A DNA stretch of 64,000 bases, taken from NCBI GenBank assembly GCA_963796685.1, contig CAWCMR010000025.1, forward strand, positions 832,001 to 896,000. The letters run 5' to 3'. Of this stretch, positions 39,937-51,988 are shown piece by piece (position 1 is the stretch's first letter; every line of letters begins with the position of its first letter). The position numbers and the translations under genes are program-made. The notes under the pieces were generated by a model. It did no database searches, was not told the origin of the DNA, and was given only the letters and a program-made list of their open reading frames with translations. This DNA comes from an uncultured delta proteobacterium (GTDB lineage: Bacteria; Myxococcota_A; Polyangia; Fen-1088).

Positions 39937-40866
39937 TCAGACCTCGGCACCGGTCAGGGACTGCAGGCGGGTCTGCGCCGCTTGCGACCAAGGGCTCTCG
40001 GCGGATTCCAGGCCGAGATAGCGGCGCAAGTGGTCGGCGGCCTGGCGCTTGCCGCCGAGCTTTTCGAGCACGGTGGCCAGGTTGTAGTGGGCGTCGGCGA
40101 ACCAAGGGCTTTGCTGCACGACCCGGCGCAGCTCCGAGGCGGCGCGATCCATCTCGCCTTGTTGGTAGAGAATACCGGCCAGGTTGTAGCGAGCCTCGGC
40201 TTGTTCGGGATCGAGGGAGAGCGCGGCTTCGAATTCGATACGAGCCAACGAGATGTCGCCCTTGCGATACGCCAAGCCGCCCAGGTTGGTGTGGGCGGCG
40301 GCAAGCCCCGGATCGCTTTCCAGCGCTTTGCGATAGCAGGCCTCGGCCGCGTCGGCCGCATCCGGCAGGGCTTCCTTGTCGAGGCCGCGCGAGAACCAGT
40401 CGTAGGCACCCGTAGGGGGAGAGGGCTCGGCCGCCGCTTCATCGGACGTGACGGACGCACCCGACAGCGCCCAAACCTCGGCTGCGCGATCCGCCAGATC
40501 GGACAATCCGAAATCGAAACGCCGCTGACCGGAGATCTCGAAGGTGACGCCGTCTTCGACCAGGGCCAACACGTTTCCGTCCCAGGCCACGCGCAGCTTG
40601 TCGAGTGGGCGATTCACCGAGGGCAACTTGCTGCGCACCTGCTCCAGCGCCTTGCGAATGGTAGCCGGCTGGAAACCGCGTTCGACCAGCTCCTTGGCCG
40701 CCCGCACGCTGACCAAGTCTTGAAACGAGTAGACCTGCCGGCCGCCTCGCCGCAGCGACGGGCCGACGAAGCCCGACTGCGACCAGTAGCGCAGCTTGGG
40801 CTCGGCCACGCCTAGGATCCTCGCAGCCGCGCTGAAGGTGTATTCGCGTTCGACGGCGGTGGTCAT
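39937..40866 (-). CDS. MerR-type HTH protein with TPR repeats
   Basis: AARILGV....LRYW...G...P...YSFQDL; TPRs AHTNLG, ARYNLA, AHYNLA. Confidence 0.87.
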   Translation of the reverse strand: MTTAVEREYTFSAAARILGVAEPKLRYWSQSGFVGPSLRRGGRQVYSFQDLVSVRAAKELVERGFQPATIRKALEQVRSKLPSVNRPLDKLRVAWDGNVLALVEDGVTFEISGQRRFDFGLSDLADRAAEVWALSGASVTSDEAAAEPSPPTGAYDWFSRGLDKEALPDAADAAEACYRKALESDPGLAAAHTNLGGLAYRKGDISLARIEFEAALSLDPEQAEARYNLAGILYQQGEMDRAASELRRVVQQSPWFADAHYNLATVLEKLGGKRQAADHLRRYLGLESAESPWSQAAQTRLQSLTGAEV

Positions 40867-41348
40867 GTCAGGACGGCCTCCACGTCGATGTCCAGGTAGA
40901 CGCGCGTGCCGCGCGCGCGGATCCGGGTTTCGCCCCGGACCGACTTGGGCTTTTCGTGCGTGAGGCGCTCGACCTCGCGACGGACGATGAGCTGCGCCCT
41001 GGCGTCAAGGGTGGGCTCGTCGGCCAGCAAGGCCGCCATGCGCCTCGCCGTATCCTCGTCGGCGGGCTCGCGCAGGATTTCACCCAGGGACGAGACGTCG
41101 AACGTCAACATGGTCGAGCCGACGAAGGCCACCTTGCCCAGGGCAGCGCTGCGCTCCCCCTCGGAGATGACCTCCGAGCGGGCGAAGACCGCGTCGAGAG
41201 CGGCTTGTGAAAGGTACTCGCGCACCTCGCGCTCGATGAGGGCGATGCGCCGAACTTGAACCATGGGCCGCATCTCATAGGGCGCGGCCACGCGCCTCTC
41301 GACCGCCGGGATGGTGGGAGCGGGCTCGATGGCGGGTTCGTCAGGCAT
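40863..41348 (-). CDS. Hypothetical protein
   Basis: GC3-rich codon pattern; stop overlaps the MerR-TPR start region. Confidence 0.65.
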   Translation of the reverse strand: MPDEPAIEPAPTIPAVERRVAAPYEMRPMVQVRRIALIEREVREYLSQAALDAVFARSEVISEGERSAALGKVAFVGSTMLTFDVSSLGEILREPADEDTARRMAALLADEPTLDARAQLIVRREVERLTHEKPKSVRGETRIRARGTRVYLDIDVEAVLT

Positions 41349-41494
41349 GATGATTCTCAGGCGACAATGTGATCCCATGTGATGAGATGTAGGATATCAA
41401 GACCTGACGGCTTGGCAAGAAAGCGAGGTGTTGCGGTGGCGGGCCGACTCGTTTTCCCGCCTGGTGATAGGGTTCACCCGACGGCCATCTTGCC

Positions 41495-42253
41495 ATGCCA
41501 AGACTCCTCTGGAATCTCTACGCCCGCTGCTACGACCGGATCACCGGGCTCTTGCCCTATCAGGAGATGTTGGATGAGGTGGTGGGCGCGCTCGAGGTGT
41601 CGCCTGGGATGCGCGTGCTCGACGCCGGCTGCGGAACCGGAGCCCTCGCCGACCGCCTGGCCGAAAGGCACCCGGACATCGAGCTCGTGGCAGTGGATTG
41701 GTCGCCCGCCATGCTCGAGCGAGCCCGAACGCGGCGTGCCTGGCCGGCCACGTTCACCTTCGTCGAGGGCAGCATCGACGACGTGCTGGCCGACGACGAA
41801 CGCGGATTCGATCGCATCGCCAGCGTGAATGTCATCTGGACGCTGCCCGACCCGCAGCGCACCTTCGCGCAAATGACCCGGCGACTGCGCGACGGGGGGC
41901 GCATGGTCCACGCCACGCCGACCTGGCGCCTGCGCGCCCACGCCATCGTGTGGCGCCACCTGCGTGGGCAAAAAGGCAGTGACCTGCCGCGCGCCTTGCT
42001 CGGTTTGCCGGTGCTCGCCCTCGCCGGTCTGCTCAACCTGCTCCTGCTGGTGCAGGGCAAGCTGTTCGCCCGCACCCCCCGCGCGGGCAAGCGATGGCAC
42101 GCCGATGGGCTGGCAGAGCTGTTTCGCGCCACTGGCGCGCCTTCGTCCAAGATCCGGCCGTGCTACGCGGGGCAGGACGTCCTGCTGGTGTGCGAGAAGG
42201 AAGAATCAGGGACGCGCGCTACGCGGTTGCCAGCGCCGGCAGAGCACCTGTAG
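41495..42253 (+). CDS. Class I SAM-dependent methyltransferase
   Basis: VLDAGCGTG, VDWSPAML. Confidence 0.88.
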   Translation: MPRLLWNLYARCYDRITGLLPYQEMLDEVVGALEVSPGMRVLDAGCGTGALADRLAERHPDIELVAVDWSPAMLERARTRRAWPATFTFVEGSIDDVLADDERGFDRIASVNVIWTLPDPQRTFAQMTRRLRDGGRMVHATPTWRLRAHAIVWRHLRGQKGSDLPRALLGLPVLALAGLLNLLLLVQGKLFARTPRAGKRWHADGLAELFRATGAPSSKIRPCYAGQDVLLVCEKEESGTRATRLPAPAEHL

Positions 42254-42265
42254 ACTTGCCGCCTT

Positions 42266-43087
42266 ATGGAAGCGCCACTCGAAATCCGCTACGCAGGTGT
42301 GGTCATCGGCCGAGCGCAGGAGTTGCGGGGGGCCGAGGGGGATTCTCCATCGTTCTTCATTCCGGTGCGCGACCCCATGCCCGTGGGCACGGTCCTGCAC
42401 TTGCGCTCAGGGGATCGCGAAACCCCGGTGCGCGTGATCCGGGCGGTCGAGACGACCGACGCCGCCGCGTGCGGCATGCAAGTGCGAACCATGGGCGAGG
42501 CCGAGGAGGTGGTGCGGGACTTCATCCCGCCCCCCGCCGTCGCCGCGGAGAAGAGCAAGCCTGCCACGCCCACCCCCGTGGTCGAGGTCGACGTCGCCAA
42601 GATGGGGGCCGAGAACGCGGGTCGCCGAGCCACCGACTCCTCGTCGACCACCGCCGAGGCCCCGGTCGGCGAGCCCGAGGCAAAGGCCGCCGACGTCACG
42701 CCCGAGGTGATCATCACCGTCGAAGCCACCCCTGCGGCCGAGCCCGAGGTAGCGGCCCCCGAGGCAGAGGCGAAGGTCGCCGATGCCGTCCCGGCGGTCC
42801 CGTCCGGCGGCTCATCTGATGAAGCCGCCGCGGTTCCCGAGGCCGTTCCCGTGGCCATCGGATCGTCCATGACCGGGGCCCTGAAGAGCGCGACCGAGTC
42901 GGTCGCGGTCGGCGAGCCCGGGCCCGCTGCTTCTTCTCGACCGGAAAGCGGTGTGGTGACCGAGGCCGCGCCCGTGGCCGAGAGCTCCAGCGCCGAGCCA
43001 AGCAGTGCATCTGCTGCCACGGAGTTGCCTCCCGCGCGTCCCATCGCCGGACCGAGCGGACGGCGCAAGACCAAACGGCGCAGGTAG
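42266..43087 (+). CDS. Hypothetical protein with PilZ-like N-terminus and Ala/Glu/Pro-rich tail
   Basis: FF....DPMPVGT.L...VRVIR...GM; low-complexity C-terminus. Confidence 0.7.
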   Translation: MEAPLEIRYAGVVIGRAQELRGAEGDSPSFFIPVRDPMPVGTVLHLRSGDRETPVRVIRAVETTDAAACGMQVRTMGEAEEVVRDFIPPPAVAAEKSKPATPTPVVEVDVAKMGAENAGRRATDSSSTTAEAPVGEPEAKAADVTPEVIITVEATPAAEPEVAAPEAEAKVADAVPAVPSGGSSDEAAAVPEAVPVAIGSSMTGALKSATESVAVGEPGPAASSRPESGVVTEAAPVAESSSAEPSSASAATELPPARPIAGPSGRRKTKRRR

Positions 43088-43093
43088 GGTCGC

Positions 43094-44018
43094 ATGATTC
43101 GGAATCCGATTCGTCCACCCCGTCTCCGGCCGGGCGATGTAGTCCGCGTGATCGCACCATCGGGCCCGCTGTTTACCGATGCCTTCGCGGCCGGCGCGGC
43201 GGTTCTGTCCGCCCGCTACCAGGTGCGCCACGATCCGGCGACGTTGTTTGCCCGCGATGGATTCCTGGCCGGGCCGGACGACCAGCGACTGGCGAGCCTG
43301 ATCGACGCCGTACGCGATCCAGAGGCCCGTGCCGTGTTCCTGGGTCGCGGCGGATATGGCCTCTTGCGCATCGCCAACCGGATCGATTCGCACCTGTTGC
43401 GCGATCACGCCAAGCCCATCGTGGGATGCTCCGACGGAACGGTCCTGCTGGCGCTGGCGGCGCGGGCCGGGGTTGCGGCCATCCATGGGCCGGTGGTCAC
43501 CCAGCTCGGGCGCTTGCCCGACGCCGACCGGTCGGCGCTGTTCTCGCTCCTGGAATCCGGCGAGCCGGGACCCCTGCTCGTCGGGCTTGAAACCCTGTGC
43601 GCGGGCAGCGCCCAGGGACCCTTGCTGGGTGGCAATCTGGAGGTATTCTCGCGACTGCTCGGAACCCCGTATCTGCCCGACCTCGACGGCGCCATTTTGT
43701 TCTTCGAGGAGGTGGGCGAGCGTCCTTACCGAATCGATCGCCTGCTCACCCACTTGGAGCTGGCCGGGGTCTTCACGGCGGTGGCCGGCGTGGTGGTGGG
43801 CGATTCTCGTCGCCTGCGAGGAGCCGCCCGACTCACGCGTGCGCTCACCCTCGGCCATCGAGGTCGTGCGCGAGCGTCTCGGCCGCCTGAGCATCCCCGT
43901 GGCGCTGGGCGCGCGCTTCGGTCACGGCGAACGCAATCTGCCCCTGCCCTACGGCGTTCGCGTCAGCCTCGACGCGCAGGCCGGGACCCTGGTCGCGCTC
44001 GAAGGGGTGGTTGGCTAG
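43094..44018 (+). CDS. LD-carboxypeptidase (peptidase S66), apparent frameshift at ~43804
   Basis: LRPGD.V.VIAPSG, RGGYG, GCSD.T, HGP, GGNL, EEV.E.PY.IDR. FGHG..N..LP.G lies in the other frame. Confidence 0.9.
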
Positions 44019-44178
44019 GAGGCTGGTGTCAAACGGCTCCCGTCGCTTGGCGGGCTGCGGGCCCCGCCCGCTTCGTTGCTCGTCGGTTAAATACGTCCAG
44101 TATTCGCCCTCCTCGCGCCTCGCGGCCGGGGCTCCTCGCCTCGCCAGAGCTCGCGGTCCGCCATTTAACACCAGCCTC
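44019..44178. mobile_element. 160-bp MITE/palindromic element with terminal inverted repeats, flanked by CTAG
   Basis: TIRs GAGGCTGGTGTCAAACGG and CCATTTAACACCAGCCTC (16/18 match); CTAG at 44015-44018 and 44179-44182. Confidence 0.8.
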
Positions 44179-45471
44179 CTAGAACGCGAAGTACGGACCG
44201 GGACCAGCGGGCGTGGACTGGCCTTCGATGGCGGTGTAGACCGAGCGGCCAAAATAGAAGGGTAGCCCCCAATCGAAGCCGGGCACGGTGGTGTCCGTGG
44301 GGAATCCCGGCATGGGCCCGGCCAGGTTGCTGAAGGCGAACGCCGAGGCCTTCAGGGTCGCGGCGCTGGCAACGCTGAACGCGACCGTGGCGCCGGCCCC
44401 GCCGGTCGAGGACAACACGGCGCTCAAGCTGGTCGTCGAGGCGGGGCAGTAGAACGAGTTGAGGTTGCCGGTGCACTGCTTGAGTTTCGTCGTCGTGCTG
44501 TCGAGGAAGAACAAACCGTTCGAGCCGCTGTCGAGATAGCTCGTGTAGGTCGCGCCCCCCACCGGGAAGGTGGTACTGACGAATCCCTGCACATCGAGAG
44601 GGAGCACGGTGGCGCTGCCGAGACCGTTGTTGGCCTGCGTGCCGATCCCGAAGGTCAGCACCCCAGGCACCGACGGCGCGCCTCCGGCGGGAATGCTGGG
44701 TAATTGGATGATCGTACCGTTGTTGTCGAAGGGAAACGCCGCCACGGGATGGGCGACCTGCTGGGCCAGGGGAACCGCGGTGATGGCGCAAGACTGCGAG
44801 GTGCTGCAAGCATAGTAAAGGCCCGGATTCACACGGGACGATGCAGGCTGGGCACAGGCCGCGCCGCAGTCCTGCAGGTAGACCCCGACGCCCAGAATGC
44901 CGTTGGCAGCCAAGGTCTTGAAATCTGTGATGGCGCTGCCGGTGCAAGAGGTGGGCATGGTGTAGGTCTTTTCGCCGATGAGCTGGACGGGCAGCCTTGC
45001 GGCCGACTCCGTGCCCAGCGTGATGTCCGCCAACCTCAGCGGACCCCACGCGGTTCCGTCTACGAAAGGCGTGCACTCGGCCAACTGCACGTTGCTCGCG
45101 TTCGTGACTGCGGGCAAGGGCAGGGTCAATTCCGATTCGAGCACGCGCACGCCCACCGAGCCCGTGTCGACGAGCAGATGATCGAAGGTCTGGCAGGTGG
45201 CGGTTCCCGGCATGCAAAGCGTGACCGTGGCGAAGAGTCCATTGGTGTAGCCGATGTTCTGCGGCCCCGGATCCACCGTGACGGCGAGCGTGTTCGGGTC
45301 GGTGGCGCTCACGGCTCCACCCGCGCCGCCGCCCCCGCCGCTCTGCCCTATCCCGTTGCCCATTCCACCACCGGGATTGAGGACCGGCCCGTTGCCCCCG
45401 CTGCAGCTGGCGAGCACGGCCAGGGCGGTCGCCGTGACCACGATCCTAGTCATGGCTGTCCGGGCCGACAT
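44179..45471 (-). CDS. DUF3443 family lipoprotein
   Basis: Lipobox LASC; N....VTVD.GP, N....VT.C.PG...CQT.D..LVDTGS.G.R, NGILGVG, Q.V..PV..F..DNNG, LDSGSN, FDWGLPFYFGR.VY.A. Confidence 0.88.
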   Translation of the reverse strand: MSARTAMTRIVVTATALAVLASCSGGNGPVLNPGGGMGNGIGQSGGGGGAGGAVSATDPNTLAVTVDPGPQNIGYTNGLFATVTLCMPGTATCQTFDHLLVDTGSVGVRVLESELTLPLPAVTNASNVQLAECTPFVDGTAWGPLRLADITLGTESAARLPVQLIGEKTYTMPTSCTGSAITDFKTLAANGILGVGVYLQDCGAACAQPASSRVNPGLYYACSTSQSCAITAVPLAQQVAHPVAAFPFDNNGTIIQLPSIPAGGAPSVPGVLTFGIGTQANNGLGSATVLPLDVQGFVSTTFPVGGATYTSYLDSGSNGLFFLDSTTTKLKQCTGNLNSFYCPASTTSLSAVLSSTGGAGATVAFSVASAATLKASAFAFSNLAGPMPGFPTDTTVPGFDWGLPFYFGRSVYTAIEGQSTPAGPGPYFAF

Positions 45472-45943
45472 GCTCGGGAACGAACCCGGCCGGGGCCAGG
45501 TCCGTCAAATACACTTGGCCGAAGAAGGCGCGCTGGTGTCCGCCCATGACCACCACCATGCCCGGCAGCTCGATGCGAGCCACCCCACGCGCGATGCGCT
45601 TGCCCCGCGTGGCCGCGATGAGCTCGTCGTAATGAACGCCCATGATGTCGCGCAAGTTCGGCCGCCATCCTCCCGACCAGGACACGGCGAACACCTTGCC
45701 GCTGTCCCCGACGAAGTGGCGCACCTTGGTGCCGGTGGGCAAAACCAGCTCGTGAATCGTGTAGTTGTCCTTGCGCCAGACTTGCAGGCTGGCCTGCATA
45801 CGCGCCTGATACGCGGCCACCGCGGACACGTCGTCGCCCAAGGCCGCACGGGCCGGTGAAGAGAGGTGAAGAAGCAGGGCCAGCGCCAGAACGGCAGACG
45901 GCCAATGACGCAAGCGACGAATGGCGCAACAAAGGGGCTTCAT
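45446..45943 (-). CDS. DUF2844 family secreted protein
   Basis: A.AALG, GT.VR......G.VFAV.W.G...P.L...MG..Y, GH..AF.G..YL..L.P; usual partner of DUF3443. Confidence 0.85.
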   Translation of the reverse strand: MKPLCCAIRRLRHWPSAVLALALLLHLSSPARAALGDDVSAVAAYQARMQASLQVWRKDNYTIHELVLPTGTKVRHFVGDSGKVFAVSWSGGWRPNLRDIMGVHYDELIAATRGKRIARGVARIELPGMVVVMGGHQRAFFGQVYLTDLAPAGFVPEHVGPDSHD

Positions 45944-46014
45944 GGCGAGGTGGGAAACTATAGCAGCTGGTCCCGCCTGCCGCCGACACAGACGTGCAAC
46001 GACGATCACAGGTT

Positions 46015-46281
46015 GATTGAGATGGGAACCCTCGAAGGGTTCCCAAACCCTCCCGCGCTCTGGCGGACCCGGGCAAAGCCCGGCTTCGCCTACGCGATTG
46101 AGATGGGAACCCTCGAAGGGTTCCCAAACCCTCCCGCGCTCTGGCGGACCCGGGCAAAGCCCGGCTTCGCCTACGCGATTGAGATGGGAACCCTCGAAGG
46201 GTTCCCAAACCCTCCCGCGCTCTGGCGGACCCGGGCAAAGCCCGGCTTCGCCTACGCGATTGAGATGGGAACCCTCGAAGG
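46015..46281. repeat. Tandem array of identical 81-bp REP-like palindromic units (3 full copies plus 24 bp)
   Basis: Units start at 46015, 46096, 46177 and 46258. Each has hairpins TGGGAACCCT-CGA-AGGGTTCCCA and CCGGGC-AAA-GCCCGG. Confidence 0.95.
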
Positions 46282-46284
46282 CTG

Positions 46285-46761
46285 CTACGCCGACGCGGCT
46301 AGCATGCTCTCGGGGATCTGAACTGCGACCACGGTGCCCTCGGCGCAAAGCTCGCCGTTCGCGGTAAGCTTTATGGCCACGACGACCTTGCGCCCCTTGT
46401 GCTCGGCCACGCGTCCGCGCAGCAGCAGGGGCACGCCCATGGGCGTGGGTCTGCGATAGTCGACGTGAAGCGACGCGGTCACGAAGCGGAAGGCCGGCAA
46501 GGAATCCTGGGGCCGGTTCTCGGCGCGGTACGCGGCGGCAGCAGCCGTGCCCGTGCCGTGGCAATCGATCAGCGAGGCGATGAGGCCGCCGTAGACGAAT
46601 CCGGCCACCGCGGTGTGCTCGGCACGCGGCTCGAACCGGCACACGGATTCCTCGCCCTCCCAAAAGCTGCGGATGTGCAGGCCCAGGGGGTTGATCCGGC
46701 CGCATCCGTAGCAGACGGCGTGGTCATCCGGGTAGAAGTCTTGGAAAGCGCGTTCGTCCAT
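46285..46761 (-). CDS. PaaI family (hotdog) thioesterase
   Basis: CYGCG..NP.GL, YGGLIASLIDCHG, VTASL.VDY..PTP. Confidence 0.92.
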   Translation of the reverse strand: MDERAFQDFYPDDHAVCYGCGRINPLGLHIRSFWEGEESVCRFEPRAEHTAVAGFVYGGLIASLIDCHGTGTAAAAAYRAENRPQDSLPAFRFVTASLHVDYRRPTPMGVPLLLRGRVAEHKGRKVVVAIKLTANGELCAEGTVVAVQIPESMLAASA

Positions 46762-46847
46762 GATGGTCCTCGGTGGTCCTCGAGCAAAAATCCTGAGCCC
46801 CACAGTATCCATGGCGAGGTACCATGCCAACCCGAAACGGTCCAGGC

Positions 46848-47438
46848 ATGAACCTCGAACCTCGATTGGTCGTGGAATGGCAAACCCCGGGCGACCGGCT
46901 GCGCGCGTTCGAGCCCACGCGCGAGGAGATCGCGCGCTTTGCGCCCTCGCTCGCCGCCTTCTACAACGACCCCTACAATCGTTCCATGATGGCCAACACG
47001 GTGGCCATGACCACAGACGAGGTGGTCGAACACTTCGAGGGCCTGCGGCGCAAGGGCGGCCGACCGTTCTTGCTCGAGCGCGACGGGGTGCTTTTGGGCG
47101 ACGCGGATCTGCGTCACATCACGGCTCAGACCGCCGAGTTCGCCATCTTGGTCGGCCGGCGGCCCGAGCAAGGCAAGGGCATCGGCACGCGCTTCGCTGT
47201 TCTCCTGCACACCCTGGCCTACCGGGGCCTTGGCCTCGAGCGCATGTTCGTCTCCATCATCCCGGCCAACCTTCCCTCGCAGCGCTTGTTCGCCAAGATC
47301 GGCTACGCGCGCGACGACAGCCCCGCGGCGCGCGCGTTCGCCGACGACCCGACCGACCTCACCCTGTCCATGATCCGCGCGACCTTCGAAGCTGCCCACG
47401 CGGCGGCGCTGGACGAGATCCGCTGGTCCTTGCGTTAG
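46848..47438 (+). CDS. GNAT (RimJ/RimL-like) acetyltransferase
   Basis: AEFAILVG...QGKGIG, N.PS.RLF.KIGY. Confidence 0.85.
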   Translation: MNLEPRLVVEWQTPGDRLRAFEPTREEIARFAPSLAAFYNDPYNRSMMANTVAMTTDEVVEHFEGLRRKGGRPFLLERDGVLLGDADLRHITAQTAEFAILVGRRPEQGKGIGTRFAVLLHTLAYRGLGLERMFVSIIPANLPSQRLFAKIGYARDDSPAARAFADDPTDLTLSMIRATFEAAHAAALDEIRWSLR

Positions 47439-47521
47439 CACACGTCAAACCCGACCCGCCAGGCCGGAATTCGTGTGCCTTGCCGTGCGGCCGGGCAAAG
47501 GCGTGCTAGACCCATGGCGCG

Positions 47522-48691
47522 ATGAAGAGCACCGACGTGAACCGATACAAGACTGAAACGGTCTGCGTTCAGGCGGGAACGCGCAAGGACACCACCTTCA
47601 ATGCCGTCGCGGTTCCCATCTACGCGACCTCGACCTTTGCCTTCGAGGCGCCGGGCAAGACCAAGGGCTACGACTACAGCCGCACCGCCAATCCCACGCG
47701 CTCGGCGCTGGAGGAATGCCTGGCCGCGCTCGAGGGCGGCGCTGGCGCCACGGCCACCGCGACCGGCATGGCCGCAGAGACCTCGGTCATGGCGCTCTTC
47801 CCGGCAGGCAGCCACATCATCGCGGGCCACGACATCTACGGCGGCACCTACCGCCTCTTCGCCTCGATCCTGTCCGCACGCGGACTGACCTTCTCGTTCG
47901 TCGACATGTCCGACCCGCGCAACGTGCGCGAAGCCATCCGCCCCGAGACCCGCGCCATCTGGATCGAGACCCCGTCCAATCCCCTGCTCGGTCTGGTCGA
48001 CATCGCCGCTATTTGTGCCATCGCGCGCAAGCACGGACAGCTCACCATTGTCGACAACACCTTCATGTCCCCGATATTCCAAAAGCCGCTGGCCTTGGGC
48101 GCCGACATCGTCGTGCACTCCACGACCAAGTACCTGAACGGCCACAGCGACATGGTGGGCGGCGCCATCATCTCGCGCACGCAAGAGCAGGCCGGTGCCG
48201 TGGCCGCCATGGTGAACGCGCTCGGAACCTGCTCGTCGCCTTTCGACGCGTGGCTGGTGATGCGCGGGATCCGCACCCTGCCCATCCGCATGGTCGCGCA
48301 CGAGCGCAACGCCATGGCCCTGGCCGAGTTCCTGGCCAAGCATAAGTCCGTCGAGCACGTCTACTACCCCGGCCTGCGCTCGCACCCGCAGCACCGTCTG
48401 GCCCGCAAGCAAATGCGCGGCTTCGGTGGCATGCTTTCGTTCGACATTCGCGGCGGCAAGAAGGCCGCATTCCGCTTCATCCAGGCGCTCGAGATCTTCG
48501 CCTTCGCCGAATCCCTGGGGGGGGTCGAGTCCCTGGTCGAGCACCCCGAGACCATGAGCCACGCATCGATGACCGCGGAGGCACGGCGCGCCGCCGGGAT
48601 CACCGGCGCCAATGTCCGCGTCTCCGCCGGCATCGAAAACGCCGACGATCTGGTCGCCGACGTGGCCCAGGCGCTCAAGGCGGTCGGCTAG
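47522..48691 (+). CDS. PLP-dependent transsulfuration enzyme (cystathionine gamma-synthase/lyase)
   Basis: YSRTANPTR, YGGT, ETPSNP, VDNTF, HSTTKYLNGHSD, AESLGGVESL. Confidence 0.95.
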   Translation: MKSTDVNRYKTETVCVQAGTRKDTTFNAVAVPIYATSTFAFEAPGKTKGYDYSRTANPTRSALEECLAALEGGAGATATATGMAAETSVMALFPAGSHIIAGHDIYGGTYRLFASILSARGLTFSFVDMSDPRNVREAIRPETRAIWIETPSNPLLGLVDIAAICAIARKHGQLTIVDNTFMSPIFQKPLALGADIVVHSTTKYLNGHSDMVGGAIISRTQEQAGAVAAMVNALGTCSSPFDAWLVMRGIRTLPIRMVAHERNAMALAEFLAKHKSVEHVYYPGLRSHPQHRLARKQMRGFGGMLSFDIRGGKKAAFRFIQALEIFAFAESLGGVESLVEHPETMSHASMTAEARRAAGITGANVRVSAGIENADDLVADVAQALKAVG

Positions 48692-48701
48692 CGGATTTCT
48701 T

Positions 48702-48806
48702 ACCACGGAGAGCGCAAAGGGCGCAGAGACAGAAGAAGTAGTAGCTCGGATCTAGCTCCGGGAACCCTTCCTTCTCCGACCTCTGTGCTCTCTGTGCCTC
48801 TGTGGT
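48702..48806. mobile_element. 105-bp MITE-like derivative of the GxxExxY cassette ends
   Basis: Left end ACCACGGAGAGCGCAAAGGGCGCAGAGAC. Right end AACCCTTCCTTCTCCGACCTCTGTGCTCTCTGTGCCTCTGTGGTGAA closely matches 7026-7072. Confidence 0.75.
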
Positions 48807-48912
48807 GAAAATCCGCCCCCCCCCGCACCGGCCGTGAATCCAGGGCTTGCGGGGAAGGGCCGGTGCCCTTAGTTTATCGCTTCCCGCGCTTGGCGCGGGG
48901 CGGAAGGATCCC

Positions 48913-51925
<3,013 letters not shown>

Positions 51926-51988
51926 CGGATTGGCCAGCCACGTAATCGGCTGCTTGGCGGAAACGGACTTACCCTCTAAGCTCCACGT

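Noticed and set aside
46015-46281. CRISPR array
   Set aside because: Units are identical along their full length with no unique spacers, and no cas genes are in the window.
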